A stretch of DNA of 64,000 bases, taken from the NCBI GenBank assembly GCA_973895155.1, contig OZ316894.1:17638563-17702562 (forward strand), given 5' to 3'. Position 1 is the stretch's first letter, and each line of letters starts with the position of its first letter. The notes beneath the pieces were generated by a model. It ran no database searches. It had not been told where the DNA came from and worked only from the letters and a program-made list of their open reading frames with translations. This document shows positions 10,255 to 22,631 of the stretch, piece after piece. This DNA is from Marsupella aquatica (taxonomy: Eukaryota; Plantae; Marchantiophyta). The position numbers were made by a program, and so were the translations under genes.

Positions 10255-11188
10255 CTTGACCGTCAATCACCGTTCTGGCAGACTCTAAATGTATTAGCCC
10301 CCGATCCGTTGACAGACAGAAAAGTTCCATTCTTTTCGAATTTGATGTGCTTTAGGATGCGGGACATGCCTAGCCTTGAACGCCCACGTCTCCTTCTATT
10401 TTTGTCCCTTGTCGTAATTCTCAGTTTTTGTCATTGTGGTTTGTTGTTTGCATTCATGTCACTATTCTGGCAGCCCCGCGTTTACGCAACTATAAGGGTT
10501 GTCGCGTTGGTGTGACTGTTTTGGTAGCCCTGCAATCACCCAGTTATAAGGGTTGTCGCAGTTGTGCACCTATGCTTGTTGCTTGCATTCGTGAGACTAT
10601 TTTGGCAGCCCGTGTTTGCGCAGTTGTAAGGGTTGTCGCATTCGAGTGACTGTTCTGGCAACCCCACGTTTACGCAGCTATAAAGGTTGTTGCATTTGTA
10701 TGACTGTTCTGGCAACCCCGCATTGTGAAGCTATAAGAGTTGTCGTAGGGATAGAACATAAATTGGAACAAACAAAAAATATAGAACTTACCATATTGGT
10801 AATTTGAGACTAAGCTGCTTGTTCCCTTGCTTTTGTTGTCCTCAAAGCCATAGTCCTTCTTCCTCTCTTCCCGCCGTAATAAATGTCCACCCTTATAGCT
10901 GTGCAAACGCAGGGCTGCCAGAACAGTCACACAAATGCGACAATTCTTACAGTTGCGCAAATGCGGGGCTGCCAGAACAGTCACACGAATGCAAACAACA
11001 ACCCACAATAACAAAAACTAAGAATTAAAACAAGGGACGAAAATAGAGGGAGACATGGGCGTTCAAGGCTAGGCATGTCCTACGGCCTAAGGGGCTTCAA
11101 ATTTGAAAAGAACCAAACTTTTCCGTCGGTTGATGGATCGGGGGCTAATACATTTAGAGTCCACCAGAACGGTGATTGACGGGCAACT
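10254..11188. mobile_element. Non-autonomous foldback/MITE-like element with ~300-bp imperfect terminal inverted repeats and internal ~54-bp tandem sub-repeats
   Basis: Left arm ttgaccgtcaatcaccgttctggcagactctaaatgtattagcccccgatcc...ggacatgcctagccttgaacgccc matches the reverse complement of ~10885-11188. Sub-repeat gggttgtcgcattcgagtgactgttctggcaaccccacgtttacgcagctataa occurs ~5x on the left and ~2x inverted on the right. No TSD identified. Confidence 0.85.
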
Positions 11189-12160
11189 ACCGGCTACCGG
11201 CAGCTACCGGCTAACGGAGGAGGCGCAACGCGACACCGTTTAATGCAAAACTCGTGATTTACAGAAGGAAATAAAAGGGACCCATAAGTCCTTCATATAG
11301 CATGCTCATCCTGGAACATGTTTTACTTTTTGTCTGCTAGTGGATAAATTTAGAGAGTAAACCTTGAATACATATTTAAATGTCAATGGGATAAAATAAT
11401 AGAAATAAAGCACATGCAAATAAAAGCACATAGAGACCAATTAAAGTACAACTAAATTTTATGACACAAAGATGCTACTAGTTGTGCACTTACTTCAATG
11501 TGCCTTATAACACTCATTTCAATAAAAACCCTAAACTTAAGGAAAGAAAGCCATGAGGGGAACTTAAGACACTATGTGTTGTACTTAGAATCATTCCACT
11601 AGCTCATGAAAGTACTTAAAAGTGTTAGAAAATGAAGTCCATGGTTTCTCTCTAGGACATAGCAAAGTTTAAAAATTAAGGGGGCTGCCAAAATAAATTC
11701 AAAACAATGTAGAATACCAAAAATTAAAGGGGTCTAAAATGAATTAAAAGTCTATATGATACAAAGGATGCCCTTTGTTAAGGTACATTCAAATAAAAAT
11801 AAATGACACAAAATTATGAATAAGAAAAAACATTAAAGTTGGATTCACCACTGTCATTAAAAAGGGACCCATAAGTACTTCATAAGATCTTCTCTTGCCA
11901 CATCTAGAAATACTTTAGCCAAAGAAAACCTGACATTCAGGCCGAGTGGGTCCTCAATGTGTCTTTCAGCAAATTAATCTAGCACCATTGGCTGCACTTT
12001 GCTCTACAAGACCTTGGGAGCCATACAAGGATTTCAAAAATGCTTTTAGCCAAGGGGCACTATATTTAGTGTGTGCAAATGGCCCTCCAGTTTGCTTTGG
12101 TGAAAAAAACTCCCAAGTGCCCCCAAGGTCTCCTAAAGTCCTCCTGACATTCAAGAGTAA

Positions 12161-12257
12161 ACACCAGGTTAAATCAACACCGCATTAAGGCTCCCCAGCC
12201 TTCTTGGGGCCCGTACCCTGCCCGTCACAAATCCCAAAGCTACTGCCCGCAAACCCA
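12161..12257 (+). repeat. 97-bp direct repeat, copy 2
   Basis: Near-identical to 10158-10254. Confidence 0.95.
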
Positions 12258-12301
12258 GACTCAAAACAAATACCTAAAGAATAAGCTCCTGTGCATCGGC
12301 A

Positions 12302-12376
12302 GTCCATGGGCTATTGGTTAACTCAGAAGAGTGAGGACTCTCAGGTGTTGGGTTCGAATCTCACTCTGAGCTTTTT
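12302..12376 (+). other. tRNA-derived element (SINE head or tRNA pseudogene) with Pol III A/B-box-like motifs and T5 terminator
   Basis: A-box-like tgggctattgg (12307-12317), B-box ggttcgaatct (12351-12361), stem agagt-gagg-actct, then ttttt. It does not fold into a canonical cloverleaf by eye. Confidence 0.5.
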
Positions 12377-13741
12377 AACATTCACCCGCCCCAAAAGTGG
12401 GGTTCAGACGCCTTTTATTACAGTCATAAGTTAGTTTGATTCAAAAAGAGCTTACACACATAATCCCCCAACAGTGGGGTTCAAACTCTTCTAGTAACAC
12501 ACAAACTCTTTTTATTCTAGATGGGAGCTGGCTGTTCCAATTTCCGGTCAATAATCACTATAATCCAAAGGAGCTACAGAACAGTCTTAAATACTGAACA
12601 CACTACTCGTAGAAGTGAATTCCCTTTTTAATGCAAATGACTTAAAATAGGAATGGACCAACGGGCCAGAAGAAGATATCTCTAATAGAGTTGGTCTAAA
12701 ATAAAGGACAAAAAAGTGCTCCGCTTGAGCAAATTTGGGGCCCACTTCATTCCATGTACAATTGGTAACAGCTAGGTTCCATTGAAAGTGCCCCCACCAT
12801 TTTGTAAAGTGAACAGCATCAGTTTCTCCCAAATGGATGGCCCTGATCAGATCTTGGAGACAACAAAAAAAGTGGAAATTACCCACAATGTCTTGTAAAT
12901 TAAGCGACCGTCAGTCACTTCAATTCCGGGGAAATGACCTTGACCAAGTGGGCAGACAAGATTCTTTGTGTCCACCACTTCAGTTCTGGGAAAATGACCT
13001 TGACTTGAAGCCAAATTAAGAGGTTTGAAACACCCTAGTAAAGTCCTGTTCATAGGCATTGTGGTCTATAATGCCCCAGAAAAGGAGAGCTTAATATGCT
13101 TGAGTTCTGAGAGACTAACATAGCTAGTAATGCTCTCGTAATAGGACCGTAGTACATTTAAAGGAAAGTGATGCTCTCATGGACCAGGAAAGTGATGCTC
13201 CCATGACTGAGTGTGTGAACCATGCAACCCCCATGAGCAATTTAATATCTATAGTTTATGGGTAGTTAACATGAAGAATTTAGAGAGTTGTGAATGTCTA
13301 AATATCACTCAATTATTCATTGTCCAAACTTTATGCTTCCAAAAAGATTCAGCAGCTAACATTTAGTATCTCACTCTATATCTAATAAAATTTCATTTTC
13401 TTGGGTTCTTTAGAAAAGGTTTTCATGTATCTTTCCAATAAGTCTATATATTCAAATTTCATGCAGAATTGAGAGACTTACACATTTCCAAAGGTGAGTG
13501 TCTTGTTTTCTTGCCACATGTCATTAATGTGTAATTTGTACTATATGAGCAGTAAGAGGGGTTTGATGCAATCCATCTGGGTAGCAAATATCTATCCATG
13601 CCTTCTAGCAAATGTGGAGGTCCATTTCATTGGGCTTCAATTTTTCATTTAAATAAAGGCTTAATAGATATTTAATTTTAGTGAAAGTAAGTGAAAATCT
13701 TCATAATGAGGTGATCCCGGGGGTGATCCAAATCTTGACCA

Positions 13742-14086
13742 TGTTAGGCATATAATCTTACTAGGTCTAGAGTTACGACTGGAAACGTAATTAGGACTGT
13801 ATAACCTAAGTTGCGGACTTGGTTAGGTTAGTCATGCTACACACTATATCCCCAAGTAGTGTTTTCTTGGATAGGGGAAACTCAGGCACATTGTTACAGA
13901 GTCAGTTGATAGATAGGGAGAACTTGTATTGTGGAGACTCAGTATGGCCAATGGCCCTAGAGTGTAGTAAAGCTCAAGTGTGTTCCCTAGACATAGCCTC
14001 AACTGAGTAGAACCATGTATTTCTCTATGTCGACTACTTGTGCTTATCATGGGCTTGTGGTTATGAATGTCATCTTTTGTTCAATA
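13742..14086 (+). mobile_element. Solo LTR (345 bp)
   Basis: Starts TGTTAG, ends TCAATA (decayed ..AACA). Flanked by GACCA/GATCA (5-bp TSD, one mismatch). Aligns along its length with 22632-22975. Confidence 0.85.
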
Positions 14087-15971
14087 GATCAAGACATGCA
14101 TTCATTTCCAAGAATGCACTAACAAATACAAAGGGAAAAATCACAAAGCCAGGACACTAAGTCTCTAGTGATGACTTTTGAGACATACAGCGGTAGCAAC
14201 ATCACACATACTTTTATCCCCAAAGGCTCTACAAATTATCTGCATAGTGAAATCTCATTCATGTAAACAAACGTAGAGTCTTTCTTTACTCTGATGGGTT
14301 GCTAGTGGGCAAATTCTTTGATTGGGCACAAGACACGGGAACAACCCGGTTTCACATTGTTTTTCTTTTACTGTTTAGTAAAGCTACGATGCACCGATGA
14401 ATGTATTCAAAGACACCTTGGCAAAAGTGAGCAGGGCACAAAGAAAGCCAACTCCAATGACCAGATCAAGACAATCATCTTTCTAGCAATCAGAACAACT
14501 AAAAGATGCTAAAAGGAGGCCAGCTTTGTGTGTGGCAAACTGTGCTGCAGCTGGAAACCGCTAGCCATAAGATTCTTATAATTGATAGACACTATCAAAC
14601 ACTGACTACTGTAGGGGAGAGTGGACATGATCATAATGGTTGCAAGGCAAGACACTACATGTTGAAACTTTGAGATTGATGGATGTTATCAAGTTTAGGG
14701 ATATTATTATTTGTTGTCAGATCTTTAAGATCGACGGAGGACACTTCTGTTTAACAACGCTTCGCTGGACGACACTTTAATTTGATAACACTTTCACTCA
14801 ACAAGGCTATATAATGCATAGGCATTGGCTACTTTGTGTAATATAAAGCAGTTTTCCATCAAGCAACATCAAAATCTCAACCCAAACAGGCTTGAGACAA
14901 CAAAATTTTGGCTTTGAAACTAGTTTGATGCATCTTAGGATGTTGATATACCCAGGGATATACCCCAGTAGCACAGAACCAACATCATGATAACCTCAGA
15001 ATAACTTAAAGTATTGTAGATTTAAATGCACATTGTCGCCCTTAGTTATCAACTTTTGATCTCAGATGTCGATCCAAGAATTCCAAAAGACAGTCATGCA
15101 TCTTTTCTTGTGACCGTGGTACATTGTTGTCCACCATCCTCTTTGCTAGCAAATGATCAACCAAATGGATCAATCAATTAGGTCAAATGGCTAGATTTAG
15201 TCACTGCTTTTTGTTATGTAAATGAATTAAATATAAAGGAGATTACTTATTATTTATAATTTAAGACATTTATAAAAAATTGTTACATGAGGCTACTTTT
15301 TTGTCCCCACTCTGTGTTATTTCATATGTTAATTTTTTTTGTCAAACACAAAAGGTAGTGGTCATGCCACAAACATCATTGTTTGTGTTTGTGGTGGAAC
15401 CCACCAACATTGCACAATCATAGACCAGGGATTTTACAATGGATTTTCATGGGGTTCGTAACCAAAAGCTTTGACAGAAGTTACAACACAGAGATAGATA
15501 GTTGCTTGAAAGTGTCACGTGGACCTACACTTCAAATTATTCTAGCATGATGATGTTTTTAACTTGGGTAAACTAAATACAGACTTAAATTCACTTAGAC
15601 ATGGTTACAAGAGAGTAAAATGGATGAATAAATACTTGAAAAGGGGGAGAGGCTCTAACTGTTTATGAGAAAAATGGAGGGAGGCAACGAGAAACAAACG
15701 GACAAGGGAAGAATCCTCATAAGTGGGAAGAGCATTGCAGTTATAAGTTGAACAAGATGCACAGACTCATGGAGAGAAAATAGAGGAAAACAAACATTCT
15801 ACTTTCCACTCATAGAACACTTTCCCATCAGCACTTAAGAATTTGAAAAAGGCATGAAAAGCAGAGTGGAAAACTCTTTTGACCATCCTCTCTTGATTAG
15901 ATACTTTAGGGTTAACTTAGATCTCTCCAAAGGTTCATTAAGTTTAAACAGCAACCTCTTTGAGGACTGAT

Positions 15972-16560
15972 GGGGCACTGCCCATGGCCCAGTTTAACCT
16001 GACGGGCAACTTGATGCCTTGCCGGGCACGTAAAACAGTCAAATGACGGCCCCAAAATTGAAAGTTTGACGCATATTCACCGAGATTCTCTCAAACTCCC
16101 CCGGACCACCCCCCCCCCCCCCCCCCCGCGAACCCTTCCCGAACTCCCCCCGGAGCCCCCCGGACAATTCCCGGACTCCCCCGAACACTTCCCGGACCTC
16201 TCCCCCCCCCCGACCCCGGCCCCGACCTCTCCTGAACTCGGCCCGGACCCTTCCCGACCTCCCCCCAGACCCCCCCGAACAATTCCCGGACTCCCCCGGA
16301 CACTTCTCGGACCTTTCCCGAACCCCCCGGTGGACCGGCCCCCCCCGGACCCAGCCTGAACCCGGCCCAAATTGCTCCTGGCCCAGACTGCTCCCTAACC
16401 GGGATGCCGGGTTATCGTTTTGCCGGAGTTTTTGGGTCAGTTTGAAGGGCAAGGTCAAACCAGGGGTTGCCCTTCAAACTCAAATGAAAGTTTATTGCCC
16501 ATGGGCACTTTCATTTGAGTTTGAAGGGCAACCTCTTTGAGTACTGGCAATAAACTCCCG
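15972..16560. mobile_element. Putative non-autonomous DNA element: GGGCA/TGCCC motif clusters flanking a C-rich core, with a 69-bp near-perfect palindrome
   Basis: C-rich tract 16096-16366 with a C19 run at 16109-16127 and duplicated acaattcccggactcccccg. Palindrome at 16465-16533. Repeated gggcaa/ttgccc motifs at both ends. Confidence 0.5.
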
Positions 16561-17188
16561 CTACTCGTTCCTAGTCCTGCCAACTTCTCCCATCTTCAAT
16601 TTAAGTTTGTGGCCATTCTAGGCCATTTATTGCAATTACTGGCTCCATGCGAGTTAGAATGCTTGCTTGCTATCTGCCTGTTCTCCCTCCTGTACTTAAA
16701 GGGATCACTTACAAACCTTCAAACTTTTTCTATTAAGCTTTCTTTGGCTCCTGAAACTTTCCTTACATTAAGTAGTATGAAAGAGATGAGTAGCCTTAGC
16801 TTTGTTACTTCACATCCACATACAAAATGGCTTCATGCGAGCCAAGCTCATTCCATGCGCCAAGGAAAGAAGACAGAGCATTCTTTTGGGTCGTTTGATT
16901 TCCATTGATTCGACTAGCAAGGCCCCTTTGTACACTTCCTCAGAAAGGATAAGATTTCAAAGTTCTCTAGACTAACACTTGTGTTCCTTTCCGTCCTCCC
17001 ACTGATGAGCATAACGTTGATACTTCAAAACCCAGGCCTAGCAACACCCAATACTGTTACTTAACTAATCCACCAAGAATGACAAATGACTGAAGAGAAT
17101 ACCTTCAGGATTGATAAGACTTTTCGTCTACACGACACATTCACAAAAGAGACCTAATATCAATCAATATTTTTAAAATTGATGTCAT

Positions 17189-20125
17189 TCAAAATTCATC
17201 AATGTCGAGATCATCACTAACTGAGTTATCACCAAGACACAAGCGTTCTTGAAGGGATAGTCCCTTGGGTACAACAAGCTTCACATGAGCTCCATTGCTG
17301 CTGAAGTAGCTGTGAAGCAACACCTGCCCAATCCCACAGCTCGCTTAATATCACTATGAACAACCATAGCATCCAGCATCTCCACGATCAAACTAAATGA
17401 AACAGGAAATAAATGCGAACCCGTTCTAACGTAGACTATCCGGCCTCTGGTTGTGGCAACTGTTCCTGGACAGTGGTTACTACTGTAATCATCTTCAGTC
17501 AAGGCTATCCTGAAATGCTGCTGCATGGACTTCTAACTCACTCGAGGACTTACAGAAACTTTAAAACATTGAATCACTCCAACTAAAGAAAGAATCCAGA
17601 AATCGTGAAGTATCGAATGTGGGTTGAGAATCACACCAGGGCAGCATATGCATCAAGCTTCTCCTTCCTCGCCTTCTTCTTAATTCCACTACATAAACCA
17701 ATTCGAAATGTGAGAAGTATTCCATCAAAGAATATGAAATTAAAGCATCGGGTTTGCTCGCTAAAACTGGTGTCAAAATGCCATGCTCACATTCTGATCT
17801 TCGACTTGCATTGAAGTAAGAAAATTAGGAAGGAGTACAATTTTGTGCACTTTTAATACCAAGCAGGTAAAGATTAGTTTAGCTTGTCGTTAATGCATGG
17901 CATTGGAACGCAGTTGGCCACGGTTGAAGCCCTTATACTTGGGCTGGTATGTGAGTGAGGTGTACGTGTAGATGCCCACGATAAACAAAACAAAACTTTG
18001 TAAATCCAGTGTGCCCATGGAGCAAAATTCTCGAGGATCGTTGCCAAAATTTAAGAGAAATGCGTGGGAGATGTGCGTACTGACATGTCTAGCATATAGT
18101 CCAGTCCATCTCGTGAAGATCCATACTCATTGAGCAAGTAAACCCTCCAGCCTCTGCAATTTGGAATATCGACGCAAGTAGGTACCACATTTCAACTATC
18201 AGGTACCCAAAATTAATCACAGTAAATATCATTCATTTTGGCACGACATCTCCCGCCCAGCACCTAAGCATTTGATATCATTGACCGTATGCCCATTGGT
18301 GCTTGTAATGTGTCCATTTTTTTAATATGAAGGCATTTCATTTTGAACATACGCATTACAATGAAAATGAAAGCAAGAAACTCAGTTGCGGTTATCACAC
18401 TTCTGAGATATTCGCTAGGTCTATAAACTGCTTCTGGATAATTTTTCCATATTTTCCCTTGCAGTAACAAGCGCATTCAACATTGCAACTCACAATGTTA
18501 GCACTAGTGATATGATGCTAACCAATTTGACAACAGGCGTACCCACACGGCTCAGCTTCAAAGCACACTTCCTAAGTCACATGCACGGGCTCAACAATCT
18601 TCACCGTTGAGCAGCTTGGGCTGCAAGTTTGCCGACAAAGCTTCGTGTCTTGCTTGACTGTGAGGTTTCCTTGCCGTCAAAGGATATTGGCAGCCCCACA
18701 ATAAACTCATCTGCTCTCTGCGCAACGACCACGGGTGCATGCAGATGAAAAGCTGGAGCTTTATTGGTCTCTACTCTCCCACGATTTAAAAAGAAAGTAG
18801 CTACCATGAATTAATTACAAATTCGTTCGGTACAAATCACTTTGGTACAAACTCAATGCAGGGTCCAACATAGCCGAAAGAGGCAGATCCCTGATGTGGC
18901 GCACCTCTTTGGATGCAATCTCCAATAGACTTCCAATCAACTTGTCACCTTTCAACTGCAGCACCTGTTACCAAAACGCCACCACAAAAGGGAAAATGGG
19001 GCCGGATTAGGAATTGACATCACAATAAATTGCAACTAATTTCATCCATAACTAAAATCGAAGATAATGGACGGCAGCACCCAAACTTGTTTTAAGTAAT
19101 TTTCTCAGACAAAACTGTCTCGCCAATTTTCCTCTCCACAACATTAAAAATGTACTGCTCCGGATAGCAAGAGAACGGATACAAGGAAACACTCGAAACG
19201 AAGCTATGTGACCAAATGACAGTTGCTACACAATTCAAAAATGTAATGCAGTAAAGAAAGGAAGCTCACAGACAGCGGACGAGGTGCATAGCCTTTCAAA
19301 CTGATGGCCACGCCTGTTCTCGAGTCTCCGAGATCCACTCCCAGGCTATGTCTGATGTGATACACGCCCAGAGAATGTTTCTGTGCATTAGACATGACTC
19401 CACCCAGCTTTTCCTTCACAATATTCCATCGTTGATTCTCGTTTAGAAGTGGCGTTCCATCTTCACCTGGAAGGCTGGGGTTACAATCCGTAGAAGATGG
19501 GACCCGACTTGAGTCTTCAGGAGAGTGTGGATCCTGCAATTCTTAGGCAGCAAGGTCATTTCAGATTCCTCGAATGAGACCGATGCAGGAGTTGCAGATT
19601 TATCGTTCCCAAACCCTTTTGCAAACGGTCATTGCTAACCCCTAGACCCTAAACCCCCAAAAGCCTAGATTTGCTCTTTTAAGAAAAGTGACAGACCCGA
19701 TACTCGTGCAAATCGTCTCATTGACCCGGAGGATGTGCCATATTGGCATTCGGCATGTAACTAAACCTATTTCATCTCCTTCTTAACATCCGCTTGCAAT
19801 TTTGGAAAAACCCTAGACTTCACCAGATGCCGACGCAAAACCTTATTAGATCAAGGATTATTGTCACGCAGACCACAGAAAACCTTCCCTTGACTGACAA
19901 TTCTAGAACAGTAGATGCAAACACCGGAAACCCACCTGAAATGGGAAGAACGGGGGAACGGCACCGGATAGTCCTCGAATCTCTCAAAGAGCACTCGCTA
20001 TGGCCTCCGATCGAGAGCCACACTTGCTTTGCAGTCGTCTGCCGCGCAGCAACTGATCCGAGCGCAGCGACGACGGTCGTAGCTGAAACCGCGGCCATCT
20101 CGAACGACAACATCACCAGCTCCAA
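17189..20125 (-). CDS. YqgF/RuvX-family RNase H-fold nuclease (putative Holliday junction resolvase / pre-16S rRNA nuclease), probably plastid-targeted
   Basis: GT-AG exons: ~19534-19270 (SLGVDLGDSRTGVAISLKGYAPRPLS), 18964-18905, 18717-18605 (ADEFIVGLP), 18153-18085 (GWRVYLLNEYG), 17688-17637 (KLDAYAAL), 17323-17189 (VLLHSYF...stop). The Ala/Ser/Thr-rich ORF from 20125 looks like a transit peptide, but its splice junction could not be resolved. Confidence 0.85.
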
Positions 20126-21156
20126 CGAAATGACAACAGAGTCTCAACCCCTGCTCTGCTCTGCTGTTCTTGGCCGGAACGCAAAGCTTCGTCGCTCAGC
20201 TGCTTCACTACTAGCTAATCCTGTAGCGAACGCTAAACCTCAGCTCCAGCAAGTACATTCCACCGTTTTCCTCTCGTGCACTTTAGATCTTCTTCGAGTC
20301 CTCCTCTGTCGTTTTGCATCGTATAAGTGGAGGTGACAATTAGCTACCCTTGCTGTCATATATATCCTATGCCTGTCTGGTGGTGCATGCCTTTCCCCTC
20401 CCATGCCTTCTTGGTTAACAAAATATGTTCGCTTAATTAATCCCTGTTGTACTCTCTCTATTCAATTGGATGTTTCAAGGCAGCAAAATTAATCCATGCA
20501 GAGGTATTCTATGCTAGCATAAGAAATTTTGATCGTGAAGAGGGTGCTGTTAGCAAGTCACTAGTGGTTACTAGTGGTTGTTACATTTCTTTTTTTAATT
20601 TCTTTAATTTTTGCTGTTTTTTATATTTTGAGTGTTTTTTTAAGGACCCCCATTAGGGGTTCTTTGCAAAATTCCTGGCTCCACAGCGCGCCACATTATC
20701 ATGGCACGCTACAAATAGGAAGAGACTTGTTTTTGGATAAAATTAACTTCTGCATTTGTGTTTGTGGCAAGTTTGCTGTAAAAACTAGGACGCCATACCG
20801 TAAAAAAGAACGTAAAAAAAACTTACATGCAAATCAAAAGACAAAAATATTGAGGTAAAACTGCTCCCAATAAGTGTTTTATTTATATTTTGATTTTATT
20901 CAAAACATAAAATTTTCCCGGTAGCAATTTTTGATTTGACATAGCTAAATCAAATCATAATGAAAACTCACGTATATATGGCGTTAGAAAGATCTTGAAG
21001 AAACGGTCTTGATGAACTCAGCATTGTTATCATTCGGTAAGAATTGAGTAAATAATTTGAAAAATAGATTTTTCCCGTGATTTCATAGTCTCTAACGTGA
21101 ATAGAAATCTTTGTTGTACAACCCCTGAAATGTTTACCCTTTCCATGAGAATGATA

Positions 21157-21365
21157 AAATTGACAGATTTTATCGAGTACTAAGGAGATTATAAATTTTA
21201 GAATTTCTTTAGCTTTTTAATGAACTTAACATTGATAGATTTAGTTGAGTTCTAAGTAGATTATAAGTTTCCAATGTTCTTTAGCTTTCCAATGAGTGTA
21301 ACATTGGAAAATTTTATCAAGTACTAAAGTGGTCATGAGTTTCTAACTTTCTCTAGTTTTCGATC
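21157..21365. repeat. Degenerate AT-rich tandem repeat, ~72 bp x3
   Basis: Units begin a(a/c)attg..agatttt.tc.agtactaa...gattataa.ttt...tttctttagcttt at ~21157, ~21229 and ~21301. Confidence 0.75.
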
Positions 21366-22631
21366 GATTCCAAATTCCACAATTGAAGATTTGTTTCCAT
21401 CAAACTATTTGTCTTGAACGATTATGCAAAGTTATTGATTTGATGACACCGATGACTTCTCTCTCTTTGTCTATCTACGTGTAGGAATTGAAAGTGATTA
21501 CGTTTGATGCAACTTGAGTGCATCCAACATCCCTTCGATACCATGGAGGAAACCGTCGAGCACTGTTTTGCTGAAGTGGACAATTAAGCTACCCACACAT
21601 TAAACAGTAGTTCACAATGCAGCTGGTTTTGACATTGATGTTAATTATGGTTGCTTTGGTAAGTTTGGCAACTGTTTCAAGTGTCAAACATTGACTTGTC
21701 CATTTTTGAATTTTTTTTCTTTTGATTTGGAGGTCCATCTAGGCTTCAGTTTCTAGATAACTGCCTCTAATTAAAATAACATGGGGGTCCACGGATTAAT
21801 TAAGACTCCAGATGACAGCAAGTTTGCTAGCCAAAAGAGTAGTCCCAATAATGGATGTTGCCAACCAGTTTGTTGTTAGCAAGGGACTTGAATATAGAGA
21901 AATAGATAAATGTGTGAAACATTGCTCGTGCGAAGCAAATTCATTACTGTTTCCTCGTATGCTAAATGACCCTAGCACAGCCCTCTACAACAATACTGGT
22001 AATTATCTCATCAACTATCAAATCTCATTTCTTTGGTTGTTATCCCATCAACCATCAAATCTCATTTCTTGCTGTGAGCAGTCTTGCTCAATGACAAAAA
22101 TATTATCAGGCAGCCTTGTAGAGAGGTTGTCAACCTCATCATAGTTTATGTTTGACTGACCATGCTATAACAAATTTAGGTGATGGGCCCGGTGATGGGC
22201 CCTTACGAACCTTTTGTTACAAACTAGGCCCCCAAAGAAATTTTGTTGCCAGTTAGCTCTCCTATGTAGGCTCCTTACATATTGTTCTTGTGTGGTCCAC
22301 CCACTACATTCCACCGCGGGCCTCCAGCGCATGTCCATCCATGCTTGAAGACATAATGTATTATGTCTTTAGATGATTACAGTGTTGTAGGGGATCCGTC
22401 ACTACATGATAGCAGGTTTGTACAACATTTGTAGTCTGGTTATTGCAGGTTTGCAAAAACTTTTCCCGGTACAAGAGGGGTTCTGCAGATTTTCAATTTT
22501 TTATCATGGTTGGAGGGTTTGGCGGGGTCTCAATCATTTATTGTCTACTGCTAACACTTTAGAGAGGTTGTCATGAAGGAGTGGCATTGGCGTTTAGCAA
22601 ACTATAGCAATTGACTCCATGTTGTTTTAAG

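Noticed and set aside
16039-16458. Pro-rich and Gly/Arg-rich ORFs on both strands (extensin-like appearance)
   Set aside because: Frames are open only because the C/G-rich tract lacks stop codons; there is no signal peptide, and several use non-ATG starts.
19794-20336. 180-aa plus-strand ORF
   Set aside because: TTG start; antisense to the GC-rich 5' region of the YqgF-like gene; no domain.
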